This document shows positions 49,920 to 62,046 of a stretch of DNA of 64,000 bases, one piece after another. Within the stretch, counting starts at the first letter, position 1. Every line of letters starts with the position of its first letter. Source of the DNA: Octopus sinensis (lineage: Eukaryota). The notes under the pieces are model-generated. The model ran no database searches. It worked only from the letters and a program-made list of their open reading frames with translations, and was not told the origin of the DNA. Both the position numbers and the translations under genes were made by a program. The stretch covers positions 82,832,001 to 82,896,000 of the forward strand of contig NC_042998.1 in assembly GCF_006345805.1 (NCBI RefSeq), given 5' to 3'.

Positions 49920-50362
49920 AACACTCTTTGTAAGCTTAGTACTTATTCTATCATTCTTTTTTGCTGAACCACTAAGTTATGGGGTTGTAAACATGCCAGC
50001 ATCAGTTGTCAACCAATGATGGGGGGGACAAACACAAACACACAAACATATATATATATATATATATACACATATATAGTGAGAATTTACAAAAAAGCAA
50101 AAGATGAAGACAGGTGTATAAACAACAAACAGATGCTCATGAAGTGAGAAAGTCTTTTGCATTTCGAGCCTACGCTCTTCAACAGAAAGGAACACAGAAA
50201 TAAACAGGGTAAGAAAATAGAAAGGGTTTGGTGGCTGTCTAATAAATCCACTCACAAGGCTTTGGTCAGAAGACACTTGCCCAATGTGTCACGCAGTGGG
50301 ACTGAACCCAGAACCATGTGATTGGTAAGCAAGCTGCTTACCATGTAGCCACTCCTGCACCT
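49920..50362 (-). mobile_element. SINE family A carrying a PLE-like insert in its internal microsatellite
   Basis: A-family halves flank 50075-50225. Confidence 0.7.
50154..50189 (-). ncRNA. Minimal hammerhead-like motif with CUGUUGA core (copy 1)
   Basis: CTTT-CTGTTGA-A-GAGC(GTAG)GCTC-GAAA-TGCA-AAAG. Confidence 0.5.
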
Positions 50363-50634
50363 ACTGTGTAAAATGATTTTACAAAGTAATGTTCAAGTAA
50401 ACTCAAACATAATTTTATAAAATGTTTGTTATTTATTTAATTGGCAGTATACATTGTTTATAGATGGCACAGTAATAATGGAAGTAGAGAGAAATATCCT
50501 AGAAATATATTGGTATCACATACTGAATCATGTTTTAAATAATATTTAAATATTTTAGGGAAAAACGCTCATTCGCTGCTAATGCTCATGCACAATGGAC
50601 ATTAAGAAGGAAAAGAGAGTAATTATTCATTGGT

Positions 50635-50965
50635 ACAAGCATGGCTGCAGGATTAAGAAGTTAACTTTCTAGCCATGTGATATAAGGTTCAGTTCCACTG
50701 TGCTGCACCTTGGGCAAGCATCTTCCATTATAGCCCTGAGCTGAGCAATGACTTTTTAAAAACAGTTGTGTGTGTGTGTGTGTGGTGTGTGTGTGTGTGC
50801 ATGTGCATGTGTGTGTGCACATGCATGTGTATGTACATGTGTGTGAATGTGTGTGTGTGTGTGTGTATGTGTGTGTGTTCCCCACCAATGACAACTGGTG
50901 CTGGTTTGTTTAGTAATTAGTAATTCAGCAAAAGAGACTGATGCAATAAGTACCAGACATGTATA
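50635..50965 (+). mobile_element. SINE family A, diverged
   Basis: GGCTGCAGGATTAAGAAG head; GCACCTTGGGCAAG. Confidence 0.6.
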
Positions 50966-51115
50966 AAATAAGTAATGGGTGTGTGCGTGTATGTATATAC
51001 ATATATATATATATTATATATATATATATATAATATATATATATATATACATAATACATATATATATATATATCTATATATATATACATAAATATATATA
51101 TATATATATATATAC

Positions 51116-51172
<57 letters not shown>

Positions 51173-51227
51173 CATATATATATATACATAAATACATATA
51201 TATATATATATGTAATTCATATCGACA

Positions 51228-51480
51228 CATATGAATTGGTTAGCTGGTTTGACAAGAGCTGATAAGGCCAGGAGCCACACCAGGTTCCATAGTCTGTTTT
51301 GGCATGGTTTCTACAGCTAGATGTCCTTCCTAATGCCAACCACTTTACACAGTACTTTTTATGTGGCACCATCACTGGGGTTTTTTACTTGCTACCAGCA
51401 CCAGTGCCTTTTATGTGACACCAACACCAGTGCTTTTTAGTGACACCAGCACTAGTGCTTCTTACATGGCACCAATACTG
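51228..51480 (-). mobile_element. SINE family C with ~24-bp internal repeats
   Basis: CACCAGTGCTTTTTA-like units, about 5. Confidence 0.65.
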
Positions 51481-52654
51481 TCAGGGCCACCAAGTACCTT
51501 GCTGGACCAAGGTAATTATTAAGCAAAGGACATTTTATAAGAATGCAGCAATAAAAATCCTTACATCTTATACAACTTTATTACATATCATTACAAACTA
51601 TCATTTCATTGACTGTTCTGTTGCAAAAGAGAGATTTGACATCATTCTGCCAAAAGTCAATATCATTTATTATTCATACATTCGTGAAACAAATTTGAGC
51701 TTGAGATAAGGTAGCTTGAGTTTGTGGCAGGATGGAATCCCATTCTTTTTCCTCACTTCACTTATGGACTTTTTTAAAAATTCAGATTCAATTATAAAGT
51801 CTTTAAAACTTGTATATAACTATTTCAATCTATTTGAATCTCAGCAGTTCAGACAACTGAAAGTGTCTTAATTATTCTATATTATTTTAGTGAGAGAGGA
51901 TATATTTTAGCAAAGAGAAAGGTAAGAGAGATTTATGAAAGCATTTCATTTGGCAGGTTTTGTTTCGTTTTTTTTTTTTGCTTTTTTCTTTTTGTTTTAT
52001 GTTTGATTTTGTTTCTGTGGTCTTTTGTCAGTTTGTTAGCTGTGTACAAGGAGAGGGCAAAAACAAAATGCAATCATTTTAAATTTGAATTTAAATTAAT
52101 TTCCAGACTAATAAGAACATGTAACAATACATAAAGTGAATATTTGTAAATTAACACATTCAATATTTGTAAGTAAAAAGCTATTACAGAGTGTGTTTCT
52201 TCCTGATATTAGAATTACTGACAGCAAGGAAGAGATAGCAATTCCATTCCTTACTCGACAGACTAAGGAAGATTATTGAATTTTAACAAATTGAATTAGA
52301 GTTATGCTGCATATAGACAGTATTTAAACTCAAGTATTTACACAAAGTCTTATATTGGGTGTGAATCAATTTGCTATTATGATTCATATGCCTTGATAAA
52401 GCTGATTAGTGAAAAAGAATTATTAAATACAGCTGCAAGAAGTTCTGGCTACAAAGCTTTATTAAATTATAGGACAAGATAATGATGTGAGAGAAAATTC
52501 ATTGTCAAAAGAGAGAAGGAAAATGGTTAAGACAAAGAAAAAGACACACAATGGAGGTAAAATAGAAAGAATGAAATAGAAAGAAGAAAAGTTTTCCATA
52601 ATCATTAATGACAAGATTTATATATGTATATATATGTAAAAATATTGGCTGATG

Positions 52655-53035
52655 AGAGTACTGCCTGATTGGCTCCCATGCCGGTGACACGTGCAAAGCA
52701 CCATTCAAGCATGATTGTTGCCAGTGTCCCCTTACTGACACATGTGCGGGTGGCATGTGAAAAACAGCATTCAAGCGTGGTTGTTGCCAGTGCCGCCAGC
52801 TGGCTCCCATGCAGGTAGCATGTAAAAACACCATTTGAGCATAGCCGTTGCCAAAACCGCCTGACTGGCCCTCATGCTAGTGGCACGTAAAAGAATCTAC
52901 TACACTCTCGGAATGGTGGCATTAGGAAGGGCATCCAGCTGTAGAAACTTTGCCAGATCAGATTGAGCTGGTTGCAGCCTCTGGCTCACCAGTCCTCAGT
53001 CAAACCATCCAACCCATGCCAGCATGATGATGATA
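52655..53035 (+). mobile_element. SINE family C copy
   Basis: Four internal units, family 3' end. Confidence 0.8.
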
Positions 53036-53139
53036 GCACCAGCACAGGTTATGCATTTATGCACCATCGGCACATGTGCTTTTTAAATGATGCCAACACC
53101 TAAAAGGATAAACCTATATGTGTGGAACACAACGATTTT

Positions 53140-53320
53140 ACTTAGCTTGATGCATTTTATCAAATACAGCAAATTTCCAAATCTCCCAGTCCCTTGTCAT
53201 TTCTTTAGTATGGCCCAGCATCCGAAGGTCTTCTCTTATCACTTCATCCCATGTCTTCCTGGGTCTACCCCTTTCACAGGTACCCTCCACAATTAGAGCT
53301 CATCACTTCTTTACACCACT
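53140..53320 (-). pseudogene. RTE LINE C-terminal fragment
   Basis: IVEGTCERGRPRKTWDEVIREDLRMLG..KEMTRD..IWKFAV. Confidence 0.8.
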
Positions 53321-53324
53321 TCTA

Positions 53325-53393
<69 letters not shown>

Positions 53394-54099
53394 TATTTAA
53401 TATCATCTGAGTAATGTGCATTTCAAAGCGTCTCTACTGTCATTGGCTATCATATGTCTTCATACAGCAAGAACACTCCCTTCATTGGATATACATGTGA
53501 AAATCTGTTGTTGTATGCATATGTATGTATGCATGTAAGTATGCATGCATGTATGCATGTATGTATGTATATATGCATGTATGTATGTATGTATGTATGT
53601 ATGTATGTATGTATGTGTGTGTGTATGTATGTATGCATGTATGTATGTATGTATGTATGTATGTATGTATGCAGGGCATGCATTTTCTCTTCATTAATCT
53701 GATGTCACACAAAGACTTGAAATAAAGTGTGTTGAACATCACAAGTTAAATTACAAGTTAAGTTTGAACACTTTTTAACAGAATAAATATCTTAATCAAA
53801 TGAAGTATAGAATGAAATTAGTAAAATAGAGTAGTTATATGGTGAATATCCAAGAATTAATGTCAGTTTTTGCATTCATACACTTGTCTCTCCAATATAA
53901 ACATTCAAAGGAAGTTCATACCAAACAAGGACAAAATAATTTTTGTATATGATAATGTATTTCTTATATATATATATATAGTAGCTGATATACCTGGTAA
54001 TTCCCTGTGGTAAAGATGTTTTATTGAAACGCCTTATTACTTTGATATAAGAAAGCAATTTCATTATAACTGCCACAAAAGGTGTATTTTCCATCACAA

Positions 54100-54560
54100 G
54101 AAGTACAAAAAATGTCACGTAAAGGAGGGAGAGATTGTTGGAGGTTGGCGAGAAAGATTGTCGGAGGCTGGTGAGAGAGGTTGTCAGAGATTTCCAGACA
54201 TGAGTTCTACCCATGTGCCAAATAAAGTATAAAAGTGATATTGTCTGCAAAGGTTAGAAATAGGACACCAAAAAATCAATATTCAAGGTAATCAAACATA
54301 AACAATGAAATGGGTTATTTCCCTTGAATGTTTAAAAAAATATTGTACAGGTGCTATGAGTTATTTCCCTTGGGTGTTTAAAAAATAGTTATATGAGGTA
54401 GATATAAAGGTACTTTTTTTAAACAATCTCAGTATATCATGAGGTTTCCAGACATGATTTCTACTCATATGTCAAGTTTCATCAAAAGCAATTAAACGAT
54501 GTAGGAGGAGTTAGATAACAATGCCACAAGCAAAAACACACCGATTTTCCACACATTATG
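54100..54560. mobile_element. Non-autonomous Helitron/HINE-like element
   Basis: ATGTCAAGTTTCATCAAAAGC...TAGGAGGAGTTAG motif; internal duplication of TTCCAGACATGA(G/T)TTCTAC. Confidence 0.45.
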
Positions 54561-54561
54561 T

Positions 54562-54598
<37 letters not shown>

Positions 54599-54658
54599 TA
54601 AATTAGAGATAAAACCACTATTAGGCAAATCAATATATATAGAGAGAGAGAGAGAATG

Positions 54659-54743
<85 letters not shown>

Positions 54744-54849
54744 TGATATAGATATTTGGTGGTGCTCCAGTATGACCACTGCTACATGGCTTGAATGAAT
54801 GACTGAATATATAAGAAATTAAAACCAAAGGGAATAAGAAATTACATCA

Positions 54850-55190
54850 TGAACTTTATTAACTTACATCTGTTTCTGCAATAACACACAAAGCACTCAT
54901 ATTTGAATGCTTGTGCTTAACCCTGTTATTTCATCAGAGCTTCAAAAATGAAATACAATCATATTTGGGAAAGTAATTACATTTATATACATATACACAG
55001 AAAAGCATTACTTACATTTTTTTTCGTTGGTAATGCTTTTCTGTGTATATATATATGTTTAAATGTAGATGCATTCCCAAATAAAATTGCACTGCATTTT
55101 TGAAGCACTGATGAAGCAATAGTGTAATATACAAGCATTCACATATGAATTGCATCTTATAGCAGAAACAGCAATAAGTTAATGAAGTCA
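54850..55190. repeat. Long imperfect inverted repeat (~160-bp arms, 18-nt loop)
   Basis: Inner 20 bp perfect (TATACACAGAAAAGCATTAC/GTAATGCTTTTCTGTGTATA); outer blocks also match. Confidence 0.85.
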
Positions 55191-55625
55191 TCATCATCAT
55201 CATTTAACATCAGTTTTCCATGCTGATATGGGTTAGATGGTTTGACTAGGCTGTCATGTTGGAAGGCTGCGCTCGGATCCAGTTGAATTTGGCATGGTTT
55301 TCTATGACTGGATGCCCTTCCTAATGCCAACCACTTTGAGGGTGTAATGGGGGCTTTTATTTGCCACTGGCATGAGTGCAATTTCAGTGGGACTGGTATC
55401 TGCCATGACTGCAATTTTGCTTGGCTTCATGGGTCTTCTTCTCAAGCATGACATAATGCCAAAGGCCTCTGTCATTGCCTCCATAAGGCCCAATTCTCAA
55501 AAGGAACTCAGCCACTTACCTTCCATGAGGCCCAACTCTCAAAAGGAACTCTGCCACTTTGCCTCCATGAGGCACAATGTTGAAAGGTTGATTTTTTACG
55601 TGCTACCAGCACAAGTGCACTTGGT
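55188..55625 (-). mobile_element. SINE family C composite with two 42-bp units
   Basis: Same architecture as 25490-26190. Confidence 0.75.
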
Positions 55626-55734
55626 TGGATGGGCCCTCTTAAGCAGAGCACATCGTCAAAGGTTTGGAAGTCCATGTCATAATTTCTTATTCCCTTATTG
55701 TAAATTCTTACACACACACACACATATATATTCT

Positions 55735-55998
55735 TTTATTCTCTTATTATTTTACTTGTCTCAGTCATTTTACTGTGGACTTGCTGGAGTACTTTCTTTT
55801 AAGCCTGGAACTTATTCTGTTATTCCCTTTTGCCAAACTGCTAAGTTACAGGGACAGAAACACACCAACACTAGTTGTCAAGTTGTAATGGGGACAAACA
55901 CAGACACAAAGACACACACACATAGATATACATATATATATATATATACATATGATGGCCTTCCTCCAGTTTCCATCAAGCAAATCCACTCACAAGGT
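55735..55998 (-). mobile_element. SINE family A, truncated by the inverted repeat
   Basis: Ends at CAAATCCACTCACAAGG. Confidence 0.65.
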
Positions 55999-56399
55999 TA
56001 CCCATTTACAACTAAATAACTCAAACAATGTCAAATGAAGGGTTTTGCTCAAGAACACGATGCACCACTCGGTCTGGAAACCAAACTCATGATCTGGCAT
56101 GGCTTACACACACATAAAATATATGATAAATATATGTGTGTGTATATATATATATATATACACAAAAATATGTGTGCATGTGTGTGTATGTGATATATTA
56201 TATATATGTATAGTATATATAATATATATATATATATATATATTATAGCTACAAACACACGGCACGCATTATATGTATCATATATTTTATTGTGTGTAAG
56301 CCATGCCAGATCATGAGTTTGGTTTTCCGACAAGTGGCTGCATCGTGTTTGGCAAAACTTAATTTGACGTGTTTGAGTTATTTAGTTGTAAAAGGGTAA
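55998..56399. repeat. Inverted repeat, ~125-bp arms around an AT/GT microsatellite
   Basis: 55998-56127 vs reverse complement of 56276-56399; differences are mostly small indels. Confidence 0.85.
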
Positions 56400-56411
56400 T
56401 ATATATATATA

Positions 56412-56620
56412 TACTCTCTTTTACTTGTCTCAGTCATTTGACTGTGGCCATGCTGGAGCACCGCCTTTAGTCGAGCACATCAACAAAGGACTTATTCTTT
56501 GTAAAACATAGTACTTATTCTATCGGTTCTCCTTGTTGCCAAATCGCTAAGTTACAGGGACAATAAACAAAACCAGATCAGTTGTCAAGCAATGTTGGGG
56601 GGACAAACACAGGGACATAA
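56412..56620 (-). mobile_element. SINE family A 3' half
   Basis: TTTTACTTGTCTCAGTCATTTGACTGTGGCCATGCTGGAGCACCGCC. Confidence 0.75.
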
Positions 56621-56962
56621 AACATATACACACACATACATATATATAGATATATTATATATTATATATATTAATATATATATATATATAATATAGATAT
56701 TTAAAAAGGGAGATGTGGAACACGAGTTGTGATATATAAAAAAAAGGAAAGAAGAAAATGCTGACAAAATAATTTAAGTAAGGAGAGTGTATTTACTTAG
56801 GTGAAGTCTTTTTTAAACAAAAAAGAGGGAAAAATTGGGTTAGAATAAAATGTTCCTTTTTTGTGAATGATTTCAGTGTATAAGAAAAAAAGAGAGGCTT
56901 TTACAGTGTTCTGTTCAGAATAAGATATTTAGAAAAAGCGTGTAATATACAGTTTTTTGTGG

Positions 56963-57060
56963 AAAAGTCAATGGTCAGAGCAGTGTAGAATAAAAAGAGT
57001 AAGAGTTTACCGGTTATATATATATATATATTATATAATAATATACATATATATATATAT

Positions 57061-57096
<36 letters not shown>

Positions 57097-57190
57097 ATAT
57101 TATATAGATATATATATATATTATATATATATATATATAACCGGTAAACTCTTACTCTTTTTATACACTGAAATCTGACATTGAACTTTT
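56963..57190. repeat. Inverted repeat around (TA)n
   Basis: TAAAAAGAGTAAGAGTTTACCGGTTATA / TATAACCGGTAAACTCTTACTCTTTTTA is perfect, with an imperfect outer extension. Confidence 0.85.
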
Positions 57191-57361
57191 ATATATATAT
57201 ATATATATATATTATTGTATATATATATATATATAATATATATTGTATATATATTATATATAGATATATATATATATATCTATATATATAATATGTATAT
57301 ATATATATATGGTTATATTATCTTTATATGTATATATTATATGTCTAGTGTAGATATTATG

Positions 57362-57393
<32 letters not shown>

Positions 57394-57477
57394 TGTGGTG
57401 TGTGTGTATTATATCTATATATATAATATATATATATATATATTAATATATACATATAATATATATATACATATATA

Positions 57478-57640
57478 TGATGGGCTTCTTTCAATTTCCA
57501 TCTACCAAATCCACTTACAAGGCTTTGGTCAGCCCGAAGCAATAGTAGAAGACTCTTGCCCAAGGTGGCATGCAGTGGGACTGAACCCAGAACCATGTGG
57601 TTGTGAGCAAGCTACTTACCACACAGCCACTCCTGCACCT
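57478..57640 (-). mobile_element. SINE family A 5' half
   Basis: GGGACTGAACCCAGAACCATGTGG...CACAGCCACTCCTGC. Confidence 0.8.
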
Positions 57641-57757
57641 ATACTTATGCCTGTATGCGTATATATAGACATATATCTTTATATGTATACACAAACATAT
57701 ACATGCATATGTATGTATATATATATATATTTTCCCTCTGTTTATTTTTTCTTATTC

Positions 57758-57793
57758 CTTTCTGTTGAAGTGCATAGGCTCAAAACGTAAAAG
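57758..57793 (+). ncRNA. Minimal hammerhead-like motif with CUGUUGA core (copy 2)
   Basis: CTTT-CTGTTGA-A-GTGC(ATAG)GCTC-AAAA-CGTA-AAAG; lies in a ~150-bp repeat shared with 50075-50225. Confidence 0.5.
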
Positions 57794-58195
57794 ACTTTCT
57801 CACCTTCCTGAACATTAAACTAATACAACTTTTTGTTGTTTATACACCTGTTTTCATCTTTTGTTCTTTTTTGGGGTAAATTCCAACTATATAGACATGT
57901 ATATTTATATGTATACACAAACTCATGTATATTTGTCTTTGTATATATATATGTGTGTATGTATGCACATGCACTCACACACACACACATGCACATAAAA
58001 TATATGATAAATATACATGTGTGTATATTCATGTATATATATATATACTTATGTATGTATGTGTATATATAGACATATATTTATATGTATACACAAACAT
58101 ATACATGTATACTTGTCTTTGTATATATATGTGTGTGTATGTATGCACACACACACACAAATACACATAAAATATATGATAAATATACATCTGCA

Positions 58196-58236
<41 letters not shown>

Positions 58237-58238
<2 letters not shown>

Positions 58239-58280
58239 TAGCTGAAGGTGACCCGCTCTACGCGCGGGTAAGAGTGTGGT
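58237..58280 (+). mobile_element. Helitron-like terminus
   Basis: ACTAGCTGAAGGTGACCCGCTCTACGCGCGGGT with ACCCG/CGGGT hairpin, next to (TA)n. Confidence 0.55.
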
Positions 58281-58294
58281 TGTTACTTTCTGTT

Positions 58295-58598
58295 GGTTCC
58301 TTTCAGCACGTAAAAAGCACCATCCAAATGTGGCAGATTGCAGTGCCGCCTTGACTGGCTTCTGTGCTGGTGGCACGTAAAAAGCACCAACCGATCGTGG
58401 CCGCTGCCAGCCTCCCTGGCACCTGTGCCAGCGGCACAAAAAAAGCACCCACTACGCTCACAGAGTGGTTGGCGTTAGGAAGGGCATCCACCTGTAGAAA
58501 CATTGCCAGATCAGACTGGAGCCTGGTGCAGCCTCCTGGCTTCCCAGACCTCGGTCAAATTGTCCAACCCATGCTAGCACGGAAAACAGACTTTAAAC

Positions 58599-58628
<30 letters not shown>
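58295..58628 (+). mobile_element. SINE family C, young copy
   Basis: Three GGCACGTAAAAAGCACC-type units; (GAT)n tail. Confidence 0.9.
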
Positions 58629-58629
<1 letters not shown>

Positions 58630-58939
58630 CTCCCTCCTTTCTCTCTCACTTTTCCACTCTGTTACTCTTCCTTTCTCTCGGACTCTCCCTCGCTTTCTCT
58701 TACTCTCTATCTTTATCTATCTCTCTCCCATTTATAAACAACAAAAGATCTTGAGTAAGTTGAGAAATAAAATATTTAGAAAGATCAATCATAAATATCA
58801 GGCAGTAACAATGGAAAGGTCTGCTTCAAGGCAGACAGCAAAACACTAACATTTAAAAGGGACAGACGAACTTGCGAGCTGAATAAAAATAATAAAATAT
58901 TGGAAACCAAAGTTTGAAGAGATAGAATTTGAGGATAGT

Positions 58940-59187
58940 AGAGTCACCATGGCTGGCATTTCTTAACGACGGACAGCAACATATTGACAGTTTAACGGCT
59001 GGCGTAAAATTTTGAACTTGATGTAAAAGAAAATCCCTAAACACCAAGTTTTGAATTGATTCTTTCTCACGACAGAAGACTCACCATGGCAAGCATTCAA
59101 AACTTCTTCATCATGGATGGCAACACATTGACGATTAAAAGGCTGGCGCAAATTTTTTAGCTTGATGTAACAGAATTGCTAAACACC
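58940..59187. repeat. Diverged ~140-bp tandem duplication
   Basis: AGAGTCACCATGG...GGCTGGCG.AAA.TTT..A.CTTGATGTAA...CTAAACACC occurs twice. Confidence 0.75.
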
Positions 59188-59361
59188 CGCTCCTTTAAAT
59201 TTTAATCTCCTTCAAGCCCCATTTAGACCCCTTTTCACATTTTGGTCAATATAACCCGATTTCATTCGGGTCTACTGGGGCCACATTTTATAAGATGAGG
59301 AATTTTGTCCTAGAGGTCACGCCTTTCATTTGAGGAAAAAATAGTTGTCATGCAAACTCAC

Positions 59362-59409
59362 CAGCACTTTTAACATAGGTGTGCATATTTTCAGCTCAAC
59401 CGACCACAT
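59362..59409 (-). CDS. Candidate first coding exon (MWSVELKICTPMLKVL)
   Basis: ATG followed 48 nt later by a GTGAGT donor, inside the CpG-retaining zone. Confidence 0.2.
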
Positions 59410-60232
59410 AATGCACACATTATATATATATATATATATGTATATATGTGTGTGTGTGTGTGTGTGTGTTGGAGTCTCTCTCATACGTGAGCATTGATGT
59501 TGAATTCGACTGGTAAGCAGGTAACCTTGTCTTTGTTGAAATAGTTGTGAGCTGCTGGAGTTATTTCTCTGACGGGTAATAAGAATTTCCATATCCTCCG
59601 AGGAAACGAACTGATGACTCAGACAATTAGAATTAATTTTAATAAAAGCATCAATTTAAGAAAAAATAATAAAGTAGTAAAAAATGAAAATTTAGCACGA
59701 AAAATTTGCAGGGTTCTAAATAAATGTTAAAATGTAATATATACAAAAAACCTATGTTATCACCAGAACACGAACGTTGGTTGGTGTGTTCTGTTTGTAT
59801 TTGGTCGATCGGCACATTGACATGTAGACAATAGAATGCGATGGCGATGGCGATGGAATATTTGTTTCTCTCTATGAATGCAGACATATACATAAGTGAA
59901 AGTTATGGGAAGGTAAGAAATAGAGTGAGTGAAAATGTGCTGGGAAGAGAGGAAATAGCGAGAGTGAGTTGAGGAAGACAGATACATTAAATAACGTGAG
60001 TGGACTTGTCAAAGTTATAAATGAAGGGGAGTTAGAGGGGAATGGAGGAAATAGCGTGAGTGAGGAAGATGGCCCCTAGCAACCACACCTTTTAAGATAG
60101 GGATTTCTAAGGTAGCCCACGGGCATCGTCACCTCATTTTACATGTCCCTGTAAATTTTGGAGCGAATCGGACGGAATGTAGTGGCATTGAAACCGAGCC
60201 AAGCGGTAAAAACGCATTTCAGTTTTATACAC

Positions 60233-60273
<41 letters not shown>

Positions 60274-62002
60274 TTATGTATGTATACGTATATATAGACC
60301 TATATATTTATATGTATACACAAACATACACATGTATATTTGTCTTTGTATATATATGTATGTATGTATGCACATGCACACACTCTCTCACACACATATT
60401 TGCACACACATAAACCACATTACAGAGAGGTTATATTTAGCCATAAATCTTATTCATTTTGCTGAATATTTCACCAATATTCCAGAACAAATTCTCTCTA
60501 ACAAGGTCTCTTTTTGTGAGGTGAAATTGATCTTTATAGCATTCATAGAAAACAAATTATTGTCATAATTTATGGGATTATTTTTCCAGCATGACTTTAT
60601 TCAAACTAGTTTTCTGAAATGGCCATATATAATAGCTTATCCAACATAATCTTCTTTAGCCATTTAAAGTTCAATGGCATTCTTGTAGCACCACCTTGAA
60701 ATGTTATTTTATTCTCCATATCAAGAATGAATTACAATGTCTTGAATATGGTTTGGCTCCCATAAACCAAACAGCTAATAATAATAAAACTCATTCTACA
60801 ACTGTACTGCATGCTTAATGTTACATTTCCTGTGATTTAGTGTTTCCATAACCAGTTAGTGATGATGCTTGATATAAGCATGCAAGGAAGTCATACTGAG
60901 AAGTGTTGTAAGCAAAAGAAAATGAACAAAGAGGATAATCTTAGAATGGAAACCAGATGAACACACATTTAGTATTGCAAGAAAACAAAACTGTGAGAAG
61001 GTTGTAAATATTACAGATGGTAGGAAATGATTTGAAATGAAAATGTCAACAGAAAACAATTTTAGACACTATCAGAGCATAGTATCTACTAGAGGAATAA
61101 TGTAATTTATCATCAAATGTTATCTTCATTAACTCTTACACTATAGCCTTTCCAATGTTTATTGTTACTACAATAGGTTTCTCAGTTCATTTTCTTTTTT
61201 TTATAAACTGTTTTTTGTAATTCACTTAACAGTTACTATGCTATAGTACTTGAGAGTATATATATTGATTTTAAAACACAACTACATTCAAGTTGATGAC
61301 GTCTTACTATCATTCAAACACCAAAATGCACCGAGCCACCGACTACATTCATTTTTCACTGATAACCACATAAAAACTGAATTTTCCAGTGAATTTCATT
61401 GGCATAACCTACTACTTACTATTACATTAATATTAACTCAAAACTTTAAATGCTTTATTTTACAATTCCGTTTCACTGCTTTTCTTTGGTTTTTTTTTTT
61501 TTTATATTTTTCATTTCATACTACTCTGGTATTTTATAATATTATCATAATAACTAAATATATTCAAACATGTCTATAATGTTCTCTTACAATATTCAGT
61601 ACCTAATGTTCCATAGATAATCTAATAGAAAACAGCAAGATAAGAGAAAGCAGTCTGCAATAACAAATTTTTTTAAGGTGCATACATGATTGTGAAATTA
61701 CAAAATACTTTCATTTTACTCAAACTACTTTTTGATCTTCTATTATCTAACCAGCTATTATCAGGTACTCCTCTAACACTTCCTTCCTACATACCTACCC
61801 CCAAGTTAAATTAGATATGTCTGAAATCATAAAATCATATCCTACACTGAAATTTCAGCATCTTTATTTTATTTTTCTTCTTTTAACTTCAATTGTGACA
61901 GTATTGATTTCTCACATTTTTACATATATACATATATGAATATACACACACATTTTAATACATATATATGTATATGTGTATATATGTGCATGTGGGGTGT
62001 AT

Positions 62003-62046
<44 letters not shown>

